Below, one piece after another: positions 49,815 through 60,949 of a DNA stretch of 64,000 bases. The translations under genes were made by a program, and so were the position numbers. The stretch lies in assembly GCA_011109175.1 (NCBI GenBank), contig RDEW01000006.1, forward strand, positions 719,232 to 783,231, written 5' to 3'. The DNA comes from Dicyema japonicum. Its lineage: Eukaryota; Animalia; Dicyemida. Each line of letters starts with the position of its first letter. Position 1 is the first letter of the stretch. Under the pieces are notes generated by a model. The model saw nothing but the letters and a program-made list of their open reading frames with translations. It was not told the DNA's origin and searched no databases.

Positions 49815-49881
49815 ATAGTTCTTTATAGACATAGTTTAGGACTATATCCGACGCCACCAGAAATGGTGAACCACATGACGC
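49815..49881 (-). ncRNA. Candidate HDV-like self-cleaving ribozyme at the LINE 5' end (degenerate)
   Basis: Manual fold: P1 GCGUC/GGCGU, P2 GUGGUUC/GAACUAU, P3 ACC/GGU, P4 AUAUAG/CUAUGU, C plus A-rich J4/2; P1 is short and L3 non-canonical. Confidence 0.45.
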
Positions 49882-50002
49882 ACGCTAAATTATTATATAT
49901 TCACATAAGTGCTATACAAGGTTGTCAACTATATTTGATTTAATATTACTTATGAAATTCATAATTTATTAATAATCAGAAATTTTTTATTTAAAATAAT
50001 AA

Positions 50003-51070
50003 ATGAGAGCGATGTGGAGTCGTTATTTATCACGAATTAGTCCATTAAGGCCATTAAAGCCTAAACCATGTCTCACAGCTATAATACTTACTAATTAAAT
50101 AGGAATCTAACGATTTCATTGATTATAAAGAGATAAAAGTGAAAGGTGGGAATGGGGGGAACGGGGGTTTATATTACCAAACACTGTCCTGTAACCCTCA
50201 CGGAGGACCAAGTGGAGGTGATGGAGGAATGGAGGACATGTAATAATAGAAGGTCAGTTTATTGTAGTAAAAGTAGCCTCTGATAAAGTTTACCTCTCTA
50301 ATCATATAAAAAGTCATATTCGGGGAGGATGGAATAAATGGGGGTCTTAATAACTGTTATGGTTCATCGGCCAAGCATTTAATAATCCCAGTTCGTATTT
50401 ATTATTATAAGGTCCCAAAGGAACTGCTATTTGGTATGAGGGAACTTTGCTGAGGGAGTTAAATCACGTGGGAGATTATTTTATAGCAGCGCATGGAGGT
50501 GAAGGGGGTCGTGGAACAGGTCTTTTCGCTCTTCCATTACGAAGACACCCGATGTGGCTGAACTAGGGGGGATTGGACAAGAGTTTATTTTCTACTTGCG
50601 ACTTAAATTAATGGTCGACGTGGCTCTTATTGGCTTTCCTAACGCTGGAAAGTCCACTTTTCTACGAGCAATATCCCGTGCCCGACCACGTGTGTCATGT
50701 TTTCCCTTCACAACCCTGAAGCCACATATTGGAGTTGTAGAATATGATGATTACAGCCAAATTACAGTTGCTGATTTGCCTGGTATCGAGCATTAGAGTT
50801 GAGTTTTGACGTCGAGCGATGTAAATGTCTTTTGTACTTCCTTGATTTAAGTGGTGATTTGTGTGATCAATTTAATGAACTGAGAATAATACTAGGCAAA
50901 CAAGGATTGAGTGAGTTACCCCGTTTATAATTTGTAATAAAGTTGATTTGGGATATTCACAGCAACTTGAGGATTTTGAATGCAAAATTGATGTGCCTGT
51001 TACGCCAATCTCTGCTAAATATGGAATTGGAATTGCTGACTTTTTGACATTACTAAGATTGAATATTTGA
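50003..51070 (+). CDS. MTG2: Mitochondrial Obg-family GTPase; multi-exon
   Basis: [59 protein letters not shown]; basic N-terminal presequence. Confidence 0.88.
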
Positions 51071-51099
51071 TTATGCCTCTTTATATAGCTTCCCTGTTC

Positions 51100-51990
51100 G
51101 GTTGTGACGTCCCTCTTCAGCTTGAACGAGACCTGGAATGATAGAAGCCTACAGGAGACAAAAATAGCAGACGACGGAACAGTTAAAATTGGAAGGGGAA
51201 CAAACCCGATTCTGTGGTGATAATCATATACGCGCCAAAAAATCCGACTTGTGCGAATCCGGAAGAACTCGATGATTTTTAATTTACCCTCATAAAAGTA
51301 TACGACTCAGTGCATGATACTTATGTTTCATTGCCGGGAACTGGAAAGCCAAAGCAGGGAACGCTAGACCGGGAGAAACATGTATTAGATCTCACGGAAA
51401 AAACCGAGAACTGGAACTGCTCTGATTCAATTCTCACTTGCCTAGATTACATTTTATGCACACGTGTTAACAAACATTTACCTGAGGATTCGTGGTGGAG
51501 GACTAGAGTCAAATAGGGACCACAAGCTAGTGATCACTCGCATTGGAATGTACAAGATCCACGAGGATGATTCCAAACCAAGGAATCCAAAGAGAGATCC
51601 CGAAAGCTACAGGCCAATTAGCTTAATATGTTTATTCGCAAAAGTCATTGAACGTATTAATCAAGAGACCATGTAGACATAAGGGGGAGAATAATTTTAT
51701 AATGAAGAGCAGTGGGATTTCGGAAGCACCTGCATCAGCATGAGTTCCAAGATACCTATTTGTTTGGACAAGAATTATCTCCAAGAAAGACAATCTTTTG
51801 TGAGGATGTGCGGGATATATGCAATATCATTCAAGAGAAGAGTCCCACAAGGTTCAGTTTTGAGCCCACTTTTTAAATATTTTCATGGCAAGAAGCAGTT
51901 ATTGCAAACCTGCGATTTCGGGAAGAGATCTGATAAAACGCAAATCGCGAGAATCATCCCCCGTTGCGCCCACCGTGTGCCAAACAGTCG
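51100..51990 (+). mobile_element. Internally deleted I-group LINE copy
   Basis: LQETKI; SYRPISLICLFAK; DNA matches 4090-4170 and 4384-4530. Confidence 0.75.
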
Positions 51991-52141
51991 ATAATGTTCC
52001 ATATCGATACTGTGCCATAATAACTTTGCCATCACAGCAACTGGAATGACTTAGTTTTGTAGTATCCCCAGTTTTAAGGAAAGGTTAAACTCCGGTCCCT
52101 AGCTAAATCCCACAGAGAATTCGAGATTCTAATATCCAAAC

Positions 52142-52893
52142 TCAGAAAATATCAACAAAAATAGAAATATCAGTTACCCTCTTTTTTCTTTTTCCTCTCA
52201 GAGTAGAACTCCTCCATAGTTCTTCTGTCCCTTTTACTAGCACTGGAGACTAAAGTGGATCAAACAAGTCAACCTATCCCATACTCGCTATTAGTATCAG
52301 GCACACAGGCCATCATCTTTACACTCTCCATCTCCTTGACACGTGCTTTTGTTCTTTTTTTCGACTGAACGACTTCTTTTGGTGCTCCACGATCAGTGAG
52401 GGGAATAAATTCTTCATCATCGAGCAGGTCCCCACCATCCCTGAAGAGGTTGTGTTCCTCGTCCGAAATATTGTAATTCTTAGATATGACTGATAGGAAA
52501 CCGACTTCCAGACTACGTAAAAAGGAAGGTCGTCGAATCCCCGAAATTGGTGAATCTCACAGTTCATTGTGACGGCAATCTCCTCTCTGAAATATAACTA
52601 CACTACGACATGAGACAAAAGTCAGATTTCTCCTCTACTTTAATCTTCATTCTTAGTCGTTTGTCATCCTCTTTGAACTGAGAGAACATTTCTCGATACT
52701 TTAATACAAATTATAATAACTTGTTTTTGTTGCTGAGTTATCTTTGATGTCATCTCCTGCTTGTTTTTTCTCAGCCATTTGTTCCATCACTAGACATTAC
52801 AATTCCACTACGCTTTTTCTTAGCCTTGGCCTTCTTATCTAGTGGGGGAGGTTTGTCCATATTGCTTAGTATGTTGTCCAGAAAGTCACCCAT
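52142..52893 (-). CDS. SPAG7: Sperm-associated antigen 7 (R3H domain); multi-exon, 3' end approximate
   Basis: MGDFLDNILSNMDKPP at the N-terminus and SASKRDRRTMEEF near the C-terminus. Confidence 0.82.
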
Positions 52894-52999
52894 TATTCTA
52901 GCTATCGATATTCTGACGTTGTAAAATTTATTATTTAAATTTATATTTTTAAACTATTTATTTTTTATTTTATTATTAATTACAGCAAACCTTTTACTT

Positions 53000-53230
53000 A
53001 CTCCTATCAGCTTCGATACCGCGGATTTTTAGCGAACCTTGAATCTTCTTGGCTACTTTGTGTCACGTGTAAAGGAACTCGATGTTGAAATACCCAACCA
53101 CCATCTACTTCCTTAACAGACACGTAAGAAGACGTACAAAAATTATGGGGTCGTTCTAGAGCGTGGAGAAAAGTTTGGGGGACCATGGAAAACTGGGTCA
53201 CTTAATTAGACGGTTTCTCATCCCTTCTTC
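53000..53230 (+). mobile_element. LINE 3'-end remnant
   Basis: CTGGGTCACTTAATTAGACG end, similar to the family E end. Confidence 0.4.
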
Positions 53231-53829
53231 GTCTCAATTTGAGTCAAATTACTAAAGAAATATTACATTACAAAAGTTTACGATTCCACCCCCGCCCGGT
53301 AAAATAAGCTTAGTGGAGCACGATGGTGTGGAACAAGAGCAACTACATAACATCATTTCAAAGTTCGAGACATGATTCTCTCACTATTATCGTTATCAAA
53401 ATATAACTACTTAGTTTCCATAGTTACAGTTCTGAATGACAAAATAAGGCAGCGTCTTATATACGAAAGTCTTTAGCTCAAATTCATCCACGAAGTTCAA
53501 TCTCAAAGCTTTAACACTGAGGAAATGAAAGCTCAATACCTCATAGTGTTCTATGTCGTATTCTAGTAGTTCACTATTAATTATCACACACGTGCTAATA
53601 TTATGTTTGTCTACCCATGTGGAATACTCTACGCAGTCAAAGGACTTACAAATATTAAGGTATCAATGATTATTGGGGACAAAAGTAAATTCCTGTTTTG
53701 GTCACTAAGAGGATTACTATTGATTGGCTTATATGGCTCATTACTAAATCAATAAAATAATAAAATTACACTCAGTCATGCAGTCAACCGTGGAAGAGAT
53801 ATTTTGGCTCCCACTAAGATTATTCTTTG

Positions 53830-54050
53830 AATCTCGCTACTGCTCACGCATCTATGGTGCTACCTGACTTGACGAGTGACGCAGTCAAGCGATAGTACAC
53901 TGGGGAACCGGAGTGTTCAGAGGAGGTTGAGAACATTTCTTGGCCTTCTTTCAACGATTAGTTAGCATAATTGTTCTTTACTCTAAAATAAAGTGTGTAT
54001 CCTGCACGTTCGGAGCTATTATGACTCTAGTGAAAATGCTGTTATTAGTA
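53830..54050 (+). mobile_element. SINE copy lacking a clear head
   Basis: Shares TTGACGAGTGAC and CGATTAGTTA...TAAAATAAAGTGTGT with 10040-10210. Confidence 0.65.
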
Positions 54051-54844
54051 AAATTATAACAGGAGACGCTGTATTATTAACATTTTGTTGATATTTTTAT
54101 TTTGAAAGTAAAATTCCACGTGTTATACACAACAATATTCTCCTTATCATTTCGCACTTTCCGAGCCCATTTATGTTATCCACTGAGCTGAGGCTATGGA
54201 TATCAGTTTGGATACCCCTGATAACAGTCGGTATAGGTACATTTTTAGAGTTTTCCAGGGTAGAATGTACAGAGGTTAAGTATTCACCTAAACTTGTGGA
54301 AGTGTTCCTTCGTGGTTTGGTTATATTCAGATTGATCTATCTAATAACCCCCAATATACTGTTTAAAAGTTAATTAAGGTCAAACTCGTCCTTTTCAAGA
54401 GACAAGCCCATTCATATCTGCAGTTGTGGAGTAGAAGAGAGATCCTTATCTGGCACTAGCCAGGAACTGGGCTTCTGAGACATGTGGATCACATGAAACC
54501 GCTTGGAAAAACGCAGAGCATTAATAGATCTTTCTACCATGTGGTAGCGATGTGAGAATTGAAAACACGACTAGTTAGTTAGTCAAATAACTTCCGCCTC
54601 ATTAACTTGTAAGAGGCCAGCAACTAAATAGACGCAGCAAATGCCGTCCTCTCATCGGTCGTTAACGTCTTTGACTTTGGAGGCAATTATCAGGTCAACC
54701 GCATATGATAAAAGTGTCTCAGAATTGGTTGGAATATCGGCTTAGGTGCAAGTTGAATAGGTAGGAAATAAAAAGGAGCTTTGAGGAACTCTAATCGTGA
54801 CTGATTGACAAATTTATGGAGGAAATTTTCCCGGGACTTGTTTT

Positions 54845-55165
54845 AATTTATTTAACTCCAAGACCAACAGGAAAGATAGGTCAAAACTAACTAATTAGGT
54901 GATCCCAGCCTCCAACAACATCCGAACTTTCTTCATTTGGTCTTCTGATGATCCAACCGCATTCCGGAAGCGCCTTCTCTTCTTCTGCAAAGGAATTCAA
55001 TCGGCGTGCACTTTTTATTACCGACCGAAATTCCTCTGCATGGGCCATTTTTTCCTTGAGTGGTTTTCCCAGTTCCTTGCAAAAACGTAGGAAAACCTGG
55101 CCATTCTTCAACGTTGTCTCATCAGAAACGAGGCTGCCAATAGGGATGTCAGTGTGGTGCATGTT
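54845..55165 (-). mobile_element. Family C LINE 3' fragment
   Basis: GQVFLRFCKELGKPL versus GSGFLRVCEKDGNPL at 20.2 kb; end CTGGGATCACCTAATTAG. Confidence 0.65.
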
Positions 55166-55189
55166 AAAAATTTTATTTTTTAGTTAAGT

Positions 55190-55520
55190 CAATTATTATT
55201 ATGCCACTTTCACGAAAGCCATAATGTCCATGTGCAACACTCAAAGAAACAATATTTATAGTTAATCTTTTCCATATTCCTCTGTCAAATGCGAGTGATC
55301 TCAATTCGTCCAGGTCGTCCCCCGTCTTTAGATTTTTTCTCACACGATTTAGGTATTTGTTTAAGGTAGTCGGAAGTGTCGATCTAGGTCGTCCGCGGAA
55401 AGGTTTGTCGCAACTGTCAAAGTAATCTTCCATCGCTTTGTTAGCGGGTGCGTCTGGGTTCATTCTTAATACATGCCCAAATAGCCTCCACCGGGCATCT
55501 ATCACATCCTTGCTGATTTA
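55190..55520 (-). mobile_element. RTE LINE 3' fragment
   Basis: ARWRLFGHVLR..PANKAMEDYF..RGRPRSTLPTTL..DLDELRSLAFDRGIW; (TAA)n tail. Confidence 0.88.
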
Positions 55521-55626
55521 TGAACACATACACTTGTTGTAGATACCAATGGTTGATATTCTAGTTAAGTCAAAAATATATATTATTTATTTATTATTTA
55601 ATAAATAATTTTAATTTAAACTAATA

Positions 55627-56270
55627 ATGGAACCAATGTTTGATTTTATTCCAAGGAATAAAAATAAAAAGTGACAATTAATTACTATTAAAGATCCGCC
55701 GTTATTTTTTACGTTCTTTTCCGCATCAGCGGAATATTGTCGTACCTTTTGTCGCGGTTACTAGCCGACAATTTCACTATCGGTTTTTCAGCCACTCTAA
55801 TCTTTGTCGGATTAGACTTTTGGAATGTCAAGAACATCTCCGGTTTTAATTGAGTTTATTCGAGGTCGACTTCTTGTGGGTCTCCGTTGGTGGAATACCA
55901 CGGACGACTCTGGGGAGAGTGTTTGGCACTTTGAAGCTTCAGAAACGGTACTCGTCCTTTTTATGCTCAGAGTTCCAGATCTCCTAGACACTTGGTAGTC
56001 ATCTTTTGGACGGCTCTCCTAGCGGTCCCCGTTTTCTGGATTATTGTTTGTTTCATGAACGTGTTCACTATGCATTTTAAATGGCTGGTGGGTCCTCTTG
56101 TTATGCTTAGCTGATTGATGCCATAGCTCTCAGTCTACTTGTGGCCAACGTCTATGGATATGCTCGTTGCTGGGTGAAGACCAATGGGGGATTCTCTGGC
56201 ATTATACGTGTCTCCAATAATCATTGATTTTTATTTTTGTATAGGCTTTGTGTATCATAAATCTGGTCTT
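55627..56270 (+). CDS. TVP23: Golgi apparatus membrane protein TVP23 (FAM18); 3' end approximate
   Basis: [40 protein letters not shown] and LLVANVYGYARC. Confidence 0.88.
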
Positions 56271-56639
56271 TATTGATTTTTTATATAATTGCTGAATATG
56301 TGACGGATAAAACAGCTTTGTCATTGGGGGGCTGTTTTAGTGCATAAAATTGAGGGAAATATATTTTCGAAGCAATTACTGATGAGGCCTCTTGGGCAGT
56401 TTGATAGAACCCACACGGGAGAAAAGAAAGTATGTTTTCTAGGAACTTGAAAATCCTCCGCCCAAATCTGTAACAAAAAGATTGGCATGTTCATGTTTAG
56501 GGGGAGACTTTTATGAAGAATGGTGAATTGCGGAGATAATTGTTATTACCCAGCAAACTCAAAACAGATTGGAGAAAACTAAAGGCAAAAAAACCAGTTT
56601 TGAGTTTGAAACACAGTTAGAGGGTCGATTATACAAGAT

Positions 56640-56860
56640 ACCGTATGTATCTTGTTCGCGGATGACCTTTATTACATCCCCGTGAATTAAGTGTACATAC
56701 AGAAAAGTCTCCAGTCTTGGATGGAACGCAAAAGCGACCCCAACATCGCAGTTGAATTTCTTCCTTCTGCCTTTGGGGTAATTTTAGATCCTTTGTGATC
56801 AACACATACTCCAAGGTACTTCAGACAATCCAGGGTCCTGATTTGACCCATATTAACATA
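56640..56860 (-). mobile_element. LINE remnant
   Basis: CLKYLGVCVD (RT motif 7); end GTACACTTAATT. Confidence 0.5.
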
Positions 56861-57178
56861 GTCATTAATTATCTTCCTAGTCCTCCCAATCCAAGAAACC
56901 GTAATGGTGAGTTGATAGCGTAAGAAAATTAGACAGCCACAAAAATCAAGATCACTTAACTGGTGAGAACTCGATGCGCCACGATTTGATAAAATAAGAG
57001 CATTTCCTGTTCGGCTATGTACCCTTGTTCTCTTCTAACCTTCGTGGACTGAATGATGACGTCAATACCCACTGAACAAGTATGTTTTGTGCGCAAAACC
57101 TGTAATCCTCTATTTGTGGCTTTAATAATGTTATCAAGCAAAGTGAACCATTAAAACGAATTGTAAGTAATTAGAGGG

Positions 57179-58165
57179 TTAGTTACACTTCAATGCACCT
57201 TTTTTGAGGGCCACGTGGTTGATGAAGAGTGCATGATTGGCGTATACGTTGATTCCAGGTGTAATATCCATCCACTGAACGCCCACCGCGTCGTCCCCAT
57301 GGTGAAGACTCAACTGGGAAATTGGGTCATCGTAACTGTCGGCATGGAAATTCATTGCTGTAGTTTCAATCCAAGAATTGTCCGTGTTTCTCGGGTCGTC
57401 CACATATCCACTGTAAATCTAAAGTCAGGGATCATCTCTTGACCTCTTCTCCAGTCTGAAATGCCTCCTTAATTAGTGCAGCTCCGTTTTCAAGATTGAC
57501 TGCCTCTTCGCAGAATTCTCGTCTTAGTGTGGAACTCACATGCTCTCCAGCATCCACCATCCCCTCAAAATAAAGATTATTAAAACCCCAGGAAGTGCCC
57601 ATTGACCACAATCTCTTCTAGTGATTGCTACAAACTGCAAAATTGGAAGACCAGTGCAACTATCTATTATCACGTCATTACAAGGGCCCCTCTTCCACCT
57701 TTACTAAGTGCATAACTAAAAATGGTGGATTACCTCGTGACAATTGGATCAGCAGCATGATTAGGTCCCCATCTCCCCAATTTTCCTCTTCCTGCAAGGC
57801 CAGTCCTCCCAATTGGATTTCTAGAATACAGATAGCCCTTACATTGGAATATTGTCCTCAGTAATCTTGAATATGCCTTGATGACTTTTCCTGTTGAGGT
57901 TAGTTGATTCGTCTAAAGTGTTGAATTTTATATTTTCAGTATTTCTTAAGGAAATCACCACAACTGCAAACTCTACGTCAGCCCATTCGGGTTTATTGCT
58001 AAGAATGTACGGAGATGTGAATTTCGGTGGATTGTAGTCAGGAAAGGGAAAACTCCATGGAATCTGTTCTCTAGTTAGCGAGAAACGGTGAATATTTGAT
58101 CCAGGGTACTGGGAATTAATGCAGTTTACATGCATGCAAGCAAACACGCACTTAAAGCCCCTCAT
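57179..58165 (-). CDS. NUDT9: ADP-ribose pyrophosphatase; multi-exon
   Basis: [36 protein letters not shown] and [14 protein letters not shown]. Confidence 0.92.
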
Positions 58166-58596
58166 AATAATCAAATATAGTTGAACTTTTCGCAATTATT
58201 GAATGCACTTGACGAAAAATCTAATCAATAAACGAGCTTAATTCCGTTTCTTCTCTGAAAAATCAATATGGTTGCCTTGGTAACCAAAGATTTGCTTAGT
58301 AATGATTCAAATTGTTAAATACTTATAACTTTAAACGGAGACATTTATGCAAAACGGCATGGTCTCTGAGATCACTGAGAGTGCAGCAATTGCAAGAGCC
58401 GGGATCGCCTATTATTCTTACTCACGGTATCACTGTGTTTTACAGTCAACCCATTTGACCTTAACTTCCGATCTTTCTCTTAATAACCCACGTGATAGCC
58501 ACATCTGCCGCTTACATTCAATTACCACTATATAACAAAAGTAATAAGAAAACACATAAAGAGGGCAGAGTATTATTAGAAAACCACATATTAATG

Positions 58597-59478
58597 TCAT
58601 CGTGAGGCATAGACCGAATACCCTTTGTGAGAGATAAGCCCCCTCAATGGTACTACAGCACTTCGGCGTATAAGCATTCTGATCCTCCAATCACTTCCAA
58701 ACAGTCGGTTAAGACTTTCGTTCAACTCATCAATAACCAGAATTACTGGAATTATTTAAATATTACACTTGGGGTCGTTGTGGGCTATTATTTTAACATC
58801 ATTTTGAGCGCAGAACGAGGACAAGTCAACAGGGATAACACAACAGTCCTCAAAGTTGACTGGTAGATCACTGGCTTTGTCTGCAATCATCCTCAAAGGC
58901 ACCTCTGCCATCTCGTACAGCTCCTTCAGTCTTCCGAAGCCCGTATCGGCTACTCCCATGGATCTTATGAGCCCTGAAGGGCCCACATTTTCCTCCAGTA
59001 GTCTCCAGAACTTCACGAATAAGTCACTTATGCCAAAGCATGCGCTATCACCATAAGAGACGATGAGTACGTCTACGTATCCGACACTCTGGATTACTAT
59101 GAGACATCTCACAATCACAACCTCTCTTTAGCTGGGATACCAACTGTTCGGCATCCTCAAAATCAACCAAAAATAATTTGACTAGGTAATTTTATTACTT
59201 ACATATGATTTCTATGTTTTCCCTGAAATGCTCAGAGTCCTCTAATTTTATGTTGTGTCCACTGAGAGTCAGTACGTCAGCGATCTGAGTTATACTTTAA
59301 GAGTAACTGAGGTAGTAAAAGGGTCCAAATCTCCCATCTTCTGTTCGACTGTTGCCGTTAGAGAGTCGAGGACTTCGTTTTTGAAGATGTTGAGGTTATT
59401 TAGTTTTTGATAATTTTTTTTGATTATATTTGAGCCATCAATTGATAATTTCGTGTTTGTTGACACTACCTGGTGCAT
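58597..59478 (-). CDS. GCLM: Glutamate-cysteine ligase modifier subunit; multi-exon
   Basis: SMGVAD..LKELYEMAEV..CCVIPVDLSSFCAQNDVKIIAHNDPK; C-terminal RGLISHKGYSVYASR*. Confidence 0.9.
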
Positions 59479-59619
59479 TATGTAAAATTTAAATTTTAAA
59501 TTTTATTCATTTTTTGGGTTTAAAAGATAAAAATATTATTGAAGGTTTCATTAAAATTAAATTTATTAAAAATAAATTCATAGAATAAACTTTCTTTGCG
59601 TCGAGATTCGCTCTCTTTG

Positions 59620-59780
59620 CCTTAATAATCGATGGGCTACACGACCATAGAAGTAACGGAATCTCGTTGGAGACTATTCGAACATATTTTGAGGATGGAC
59701 TTGACTTCCCTGTAAATATAACCACGGAAGGCTATTATATTTTCCAGGAGGGCCGCTTTCGTAGAAGGACTATGTCATTT
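59620..59780 (+). mobile_element. RTE remnant
   Basis: RLFEHILRMDLTSPVNITTEGY. Confidence 0.6.
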
Positions 59781-60089
59781 GCCATAGGAAATGATCCGAA
59801 AAGAAGTTGAAATACGCATATGACATGGACTTCTTGAGATCCCTAGCAAACGATTGGGGAGTTTGGTGGAAATTGGTTTCTTATTTACTATCCTTGTGAC
59901 GACCTTACTTCATCTTTAAAAGAGACTGTATCTCTCACTTGATCATCGATTCTATGAACCTTTATTTGAAAATAAGATGACGTCAGTTAAATTCCTATAA
60001 GAGCGTATTGTGGTTATACACTGTGACTGATAGTCTAGAAAAGCATCGAAAGTGAAAAGCTTAAACTTTGGATAACAAATTTCTTAAGT

Positions 60090-60600
60090 GGAAGAAGGGG
60101 ATGTGTATGCCTCGGATACTGACTTATCAGTCTCACGCTCCCCCAAGGATCTCCGTTATCCCCAGCCTTATTCAATTTTTACCTGGCCGACCTCCCGACA
60201 CCGGAATCCAATAACGATGTTTTACTCTCATATGCGGACGACACTCGCGTGATCGGGATATCCAAAATGCTACAGAAAGATTACAAATTAACCTGGACCG
60301 ACTCAACGCCGGGGTTATGAAGAACCGACTCACGATAAATTCCAGAAAGTCGGTCACGTCTATGTTTACTTTGGACAAAAGGTTGGGGAAGATGACTGTC
60401 AAGTTAAAATTGGACAACGTTGAAATCCCCTTCACCAAATGTCAGAAGATCCTGGGCGTGATACTGGATGCGCACTTATGTTAGTCACCATACGTGGCAA
60501 ACATTGTTCTGAAGTGCGAGAAGATCAATGTATTAAAATGTTTATCTGGAATATGGAAAACAGGTACCCACCTAGGTCTTGATGAACATTTACATTTACA
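60090..60600 (+). mobile_element. Ingi-like LINE RT fragment
   Basis: LPQGSPLSPALFNF..LPTPESNNDVLLSYADD; KILGVILD. Confidence 0.85.
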
Positions 60601-60949
60601 AACAATACATTTTTTTAGTCACAAAAATTAATTGACCTAAAAATATTTCTGGGGACCACGTTAAGAAACACTTAGGGGTTAATCAACATTTTACCAAAAC
60701 TCTGAATGTTTTTGTATCAACCCCTATATTTGTCCATAAACTTCTTAATGTCCCCCATGCATATTGAAAGAGCCCAGATGAACAGTTAATGGACCGATAA
60801 GGATATTTAGTGTACAACAATGTTCCAACCGGTCAATAGACCTACTCGACTTTATCTTCTTGGCCCCCATAATAATAAATGATGTCAGTAACGTAGCTGA
60901 CTTTTGTTGGGCAAAATAAATATAAGTTTCCATAGCAACCAGATTATAA

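Larger units (their letters stand above)
47008..49890 (-). mobile_element. Near-full-length single-ORF Ingi/Vingi-like LINE (2A-APE-RT), inactivated
   Basis: LTIQSVNING..LQETKL, LCGDLNAKH, SDHH (APE); SYRPVSL, FQHGF, IDIQKAFDSV, GVPQGS, YADD, ILGVTFD; (AAT)n tail at 47008-47025; at least 2 frameshifts and a stop. Confidence 0.92.

Noticed and set aside
58300-58590. Small membrane-protein gene between NUDT9 and GCLM
   Set aside because: Splice-like signals are present, but no coherent ORF could be built.
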